Of a stretch of DNA of 64,000 nt, positions 60,154 to 64,000 are shown one piece after another; position 1 is the stretch's first letter, and every line of letters starts with the position of its first letter. The DNA is from Flavobacteriales bacterium UBA3376 (lineage in GTDB: Bacteria > Bacteroidota > Bacteroidia > Flavobacteriales > Weeksellaceae). The notes beneath the pieces were generated by a model that was not told where the DNA came from, searched no databases, and was given only the letters and a program-made list of their open reading frames with translations. The translations under genes and the position numbers were made by a program. The stretch covers positions 919 through 64,918 of the forward strand of contig DEQC01000030.1 of the NCBI GenBank assembly GCA_002359055.1. Reading direction: 5' to 3'.

Positions 60154-61203
60154 ATGAAAAAATACTTTATCATGGGCTTGCTATGTCTTTTAGTAAGCCA
60201 ATTATCAGCGCAGAAATTAAAATTTGATTTCGATTCAGAACAATCGGCGGACGAAAGTGTAAGTCCAGCTGTTAGAGAAAATGTTTATCGATATGCCATT
60301 GAAATCCGTGAAATTGTCATCAAAGAAAAGTTATCAATGAAGGATGAAATCGATCGAGTCAATCAGGATTTGGAAGATGGAAAAATTAGTTCGGAAGAAG
60401 CAGAAAATTTGAAAGCCAACATTGCCCTGAAATTCTCAGATAAAATCAATTCTTCAATTGCTCAATTGAAATTTGATTTAGATGAAATCATCAAAGAACA
60501 AGTTAAATTTTCAATTCTAAATACAGATGTTGGAAATCTTCAGTCTGATAAAGTTTTGGTGGAAAAAACCTATAAAACCATCATTCAATTGACCGGATAT
60601 GTCGCTTATGGAATGATTTCACTTCCTGATGGAGATAATGAATTGCTCAATGATCATTTGGGTTATTCAAGTGGAATCGATGCTGGATTTATTTATAATC
60701 GCCAATTGTCAAAAACAAGTCCTTTCGTGTTCAAAACAGGTGTTTACTTTTCTTGGAGAACCACTCGATTCAACGATAATTATTATCTCTCAAAGGGCGA
60801 TGATGGACAAGTGGATTTAGTCAATTACAATCAAAATTTAGAAAAAAGTAAATTAAGAGCTACTTATTTGGTTGTTCCCGTGGGAATTAAATACGGATTT
60901 AGCAAACGTCAAACCGATGTAAATGAAGAAGTTTATAGAAATCCCGACAAAGGTTTAGGAATTACTGCAAATATTTTCGGTGGAATTAAAATTTCAAATA
61001 ACAATATAGTCAAGGGTGACGGAATTTCCATCAGACATAGAAAACCTGATTTTAACTTAAATGATTTTATTTACGGTGCTCAAGTATCGCTCAACATTTA
61101 CAATTGGAATTTCTTTATCAGACAAGAATTTAATCCGTATTTCAGAGACGGTACATTTGACGATAGAAAGCTGTTGCAATTTGGACTCAACTTCGGATTT
61201 TAA
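60154..61203 (+). CDS. Outer-membrane protein: N-terminal coiled coil plus beta barrel
   Basis: Signal peptide LSA|Q, KSKLRATYLVVP strand, C-terminal FGLNFGF. Confidence 0.7.
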   Translation: MKKYFIMGLLCLLVSQLSAQKLKFDFDSEQSADESVSPAVRENVYRYAIEIREIVIKEKLSMKDEIDRVNQDLEDGKISSEEAENLKANIALKFSDKINSSIAQLKFDLDEIIKEQVKFSILNTDVGNLQSDKVLVEKTYKTIIQLTGYVAYGMISLPDGDNELLNDHLGYSSGIDAGFIYNRQLSKTSPFVFKTGVYFSWRTTRFNDNYYLSKGDDGQVDLVNYNQNLEKSKLRATYLVVPVGIKYGFSKRQTDVNEEVYRNPDKGLGITANIFGGIKISNNNIVKGDGISIRHRKPDFNLNDFIYGAQVSLNIYNWNFFIRQEFNPYFRDGTFDDRKLLQFGLNFGF

Positions 61204-61222
61204 ACCATAGATTAACATTATC

Positions 61223-61269
61223 AAATATAAAATCCTCATCAGCTCAAGTTCGATGAGGATTTTATATTT
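61223..61269. terminator. Bidirectional terminator, perfect 18-bp inverted repeat
   Basis: AAATATAAAATCCTCATC / GATGAGGATTTTATATTT; overlaps the stop codon at 61262. Confidence 0.85.
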
Positions 61270-61744
61270 TTTCCATCATTTTCTCAACAACTTCATAAGC
61301 TGCTGGACAAATCAATGTGTTTTTTAGGGTTAAATGATTGATTTGATAAACTTTCTTCCGATCGGTGTGAGGATATTCTCGACAAGCTTTAGGTCTATTT
61401 TCATAAATCGAACATAGATTTTCAGCTCCCAAAAAAGGACAAGGCAAAGTTTGTAAAACGTAATCATTGTCCTCATCAATTCTCAAATATTTATCGATGA
61501 ATTGGTTGGGTTTTAAGCGAAATAATTTGGCCAAACGTTCAATGTCTTTTTGGGTAAATAATGGGCCGGTGGTTTTACAACAATTCGCACAATCCAAACA
61601 ATTGATTTTCTCAAAAACTTCTTGATGAATTTCAAGCATTTGCTCATCTAATTTTTTAGGTGGTTTTCGCTTGATTTTCGCCAAATATTTTTTGTGTTCA
61701 TTGTGCTTAGCCCTTGCCAAACTCTCATACTTCTCTAAATCCAT
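61262..61744 (-). CDS. YkgJ family cysteine-cluster (CxxCxxCC) protein
   Basis: CLDCANCC, CPFL, CSIYENRPKACREYP. Confidence 0.92.
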   Translation of the reverse strand: MDLEKYESLARAKHNEHKKYLAKIKRKPPKKLDEQMLEIHQEVFEKINCLDCANCCKTTGPLFTQKDIERLAKLFRLKPNQFIDKYLRIDEDNDYVLQTLPCPFLGAENLCSIYENRPKACREYPHTDRKKVYQINHLTLKNTLICPAAYEVVEKMMEKI

Positions 61745-61774
61745 AAATCAATTTTTTTGCTCTGCAAATGAATT

Positions 61775-63589
61775 TTACCAACTTCCACCACCGCCGCCTC
61801 CAAATCCTCCACCAGATGAACCACCACCACTACTGCCTGAGCTTCCTACGCCACTGGACGAAGGTGTACTCACCATATTAGATCTGACATTGTTTAAATT
61901 ATCGTTCAATGAATTCGCAAAAGAATTTATAGTTAATGGACCTGTGATGTGTGGACTGCTGTACCATTCAGGTGGTTGAAGGTCCAAAGCTTCGAATTTC
62001 TTAGCCCATTGTTTCAACAAACCAAAAGTCAAGGCATAACTCATGGTTTTTTCAAAATAATCCGGATCTGATTTGATCAAAGCTTTGATGCGATTGGTTT
62101 CGGCTAATTTTACAAATTGCCTAAAACCTTTTAGTTCCGAATACACTCGACTGCCTTCTTCATTTCTTTTTTTAGAATTCATACCGATTATAAACATGGC
62201 TAAAAATACTAACCCACTAATAATTGCAGCTAAAATCCCAAAAAATACAAACATCAACCAACTGAAAATTATACCTACAACAAATATTATTAAAGAAGAA
62301 ATCATCATTTTTTGATTGGATTTACTTTCATAATACTTTCGAGATTCTTTGACAAGTTGCCTTTTGGCTTTGTCCATTTGAGTATAGAATTTCTTTTGTA
62401 ATTGACTGACCAAAACTTCTTTAATTATGTGATCACCTGTTTCTTCTGGATTTTCAATTTCATCTTGAGAAGTCGAAGCTGTAAATATAGATTTAACACT
62501 TTTAAAAGTTTTCATCAAATCTATGGATGAAAATCTATCTATTTCGAACAATCCATTGAAAATTGTTTTTTCATAAGATGTTGCAGTTTTTGGCAAAGGT
62601 TTCAACTGAATAATTTTGGTATCGGGTTTACTGAACCAATTTTTTTCTTCTAATTCTTCAATTCTGATCAAACCTTCATTGCCCCATTTTGGCAACAACG
62701 AAATTAAATCATTGGCGTCTGCCTTATCATTGATCAGATATCCAGCGATGGCAGAATCAATTCCGTCGGGCGGATAATAGGAAGTAATTGCAATTGTTTT
62801 TTTATTTTTTCCATGTTTTTTCCAAAATTCAATGAAGAAATAAACAGGTAAAATCAAAATTGCAATCCATCCATATTTTTGAAATAAATTGGGTGTAAAA
62901 TCCAATTTTGCAATTGAATTCGGCGGCATTTTTATCAAGGCAGTCACACTTTCATTGTATTTAAATTGAACGCCGGATTTACTTTTTGCAGTAATGGTTT
63001 GATCGGAAAATTCAATGATAAAATCATCGGTCGGAACATCATTTCCAAATGCACCAGCATAGATAAAAACTTGTTCAGAATCGAGTGGAACATTGTGTGG
63101 AAGATGAATTTTGAAATTCACATTTTCGAATGTAGCATCCCAATACGGAGGTTTTATGTTCCAATAAAATTGATCGGTTTCCGCTTCGTGTATAAATGCA
63201 TTTTCGACCCTATATCTGATTTCATAGTATTGTTCGCCTGTGACCAGTCTATTTTTATTACCGATTTTTAAATCTAAAAAATCTTGGTACCTAAGTTGCC
63301 AATCTGAGGTTTTAGAAAATTTATGATTGGGAACTTTAATATTAGAAATATAAATTCTTCGATTTTCTTTTACTTGATTTTTGTCTAGAAAATCGTAGCG
63401 GGTCTGAATTTTTCTGATAATTCCATGTTTGGCTTGAAAAAAATCGACCTTGTATTTTTCAACTACGTCAAAATATCCTTTTTCACTAATAAATATTTCT
63501 ACTTCATAATTTTTTACATCAAATCCTTGAGCGAAAATATTGATCGATAGGAGTAAGGAAATTAGAAGAAAGGACTTATTGAAATTCAT
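61775..63589 (-). CDS. DUF2207-like membrane protein
   Basis: HGIIR, FYWN, PP motif, YALTFGL..W, Gly/Ser-rich tail ending GGGGGSW; downstream of lemA. Confidence 0.88.
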   Translation of the reverse strand: MNFNKSFLLISLLLSINIFAQGFDVKNYEVEIFISEKGYFDVVEKYKVDFFQAKHGIIRKIQTRYDFLDKNQVKENRRIYISNIKVPNHKFSKTSDWQLRYQDFLDLKIGNKNRLVTGEQYYEIRYRVENAFIHEAETDQFYWNIKPPYWDATFENVNFKIHLPHNVPLDSEQVFIYAGAFGNDVPTDDFIIEFSDQTITAKSKSGVQFKYNESVTALIKMPPNSIAKLDFTPNLFQKYGWIAILILPVYFFIEFWKKHGKNKKTIAITSYYPPDGIDSAIAGYLINDKADANDLISLLPKWGNEGLIRIEELEEKNWFSKPDTKIIQLKPLPKTATSYEKTIFNGLFEIDRFSSIDLMKTFKSVKSIFTASTSQDEIENPEETGDHIIKEVLVSQLQKKFYTQMDKAKRQLVKESRKYYESKSNQKMMISSLIIFVVGIIFSWLMFVFFGILAAIISGLVFLAMFIIGMNSKKRNEEGSRVYSELKGFRQFVKLAETNRIKALIKSDPDYFEKTMSYALTFGLLKQWAKKFEALDLQPPEWYSSPHITGPLTINSFANSLNDNLNNVRSNMVSTPSSSGVGSSGSSGGGSSGGGFGGGGGGSW

Positions 63590-63592
63590 TTT

Positions 63593-64000
63593 TTAGTTGT
63601 TGAAATCTACCGTAACGTTTTCACGTTCAACTGCATCAACTTCAAAATAGTCAAAGTGAGTATAATTAAACATTCCGGCAAAAATCACACCTGGAAAACT
63701 TTCGCCATAAGTGTTGTTTACTCTCACAGTGCTATTATAATATCTTCTACTTCTTTCTAAATTCTCTTCGATTTCATTTAACTTTTGTTGCAAATCCAAG
63801 AAATTTTGATTGGCTTTCAAATCAGGATAAGCTTCTGCTATCGCAAATAAACTTCTCAAAGTGCTTTGCAATGCATTTTCAGCTTTGATTTGATCGTTGA
63901 TATCACCACTTGAAGCTGACATAGCTGTAGTTCTTGCTTCAATTACTTTTGACAAAGTTTCTTGTTCGTGAGTGGCATAGCCTTTAACCGTATTGACCAA
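63593..64000 (-). CDS. lemA: LemA family protein, 5' end outside the window
   Basis: VKGYATHE, AEAYPDLKANQNF, RRYYN..V..NN. Confidence 0.95.
   Translation of the reverse strand: MVNTVKGYATHEQETLSKVIEARTTAMSASSGDINDQIKAENALQSTLRSLFAIAEAYPDLKANQNFLDLQQKLNEIEENLERSRRYYNSTVRVNNTYGESFPGVIFAGMFNYTHFDYFEVDAVERENVTVDFNN

Noticed and set aside
61671..61979. Pro-rich 102-aa plus-strand ORF
   Set aside because: Antisense shadow of the Gly/Ser-rich DUF2207 tail

Overview
Low-GC bacterial chromosome segment, almost certainly Bacteroidota/Flavobacteriales (TAnnTTTG promoter boxes, T9SS genes porZ and porQ, signal peptides followed by Gln). It is gene-dense and mostly housekeeping: mnmG, ybeY, asd, recO, mutL, ribH, recJ, alaS, cmk, folC, ruvB, groES/groEL, sodC, tRNA-Ala(GGC), three M16 peptidase genes, a four-gene polysaccharide module (aminotransferase, CapD-type dehydratase, wza, wzc) and an ECF sigma locus. 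Two parS sites bracket mnmG, which suggests the window lies near the replication origin. I see no CRISPR array, IS element, integrase or prophage, and no clearly new multi-gene system. Best leads: (1) a full-length ferrochelatase homologue with its catalytic His and several other motifs replaced, heading an operon with glutaminyl cyclase and folC; (2) a small islet with a truncated SdpB/HTTM gene plus an intact PH-domain membrane gene; (3) an orphan KamA-like radical SAM gene with a possible structured leader; (4) four genes with identical TAnnTTTG-N4-ATG leaderless architecture; (5) a non-CIRCE regulatory region upstream of groESL. All family calls are from motif recognition by eye, not database searches.
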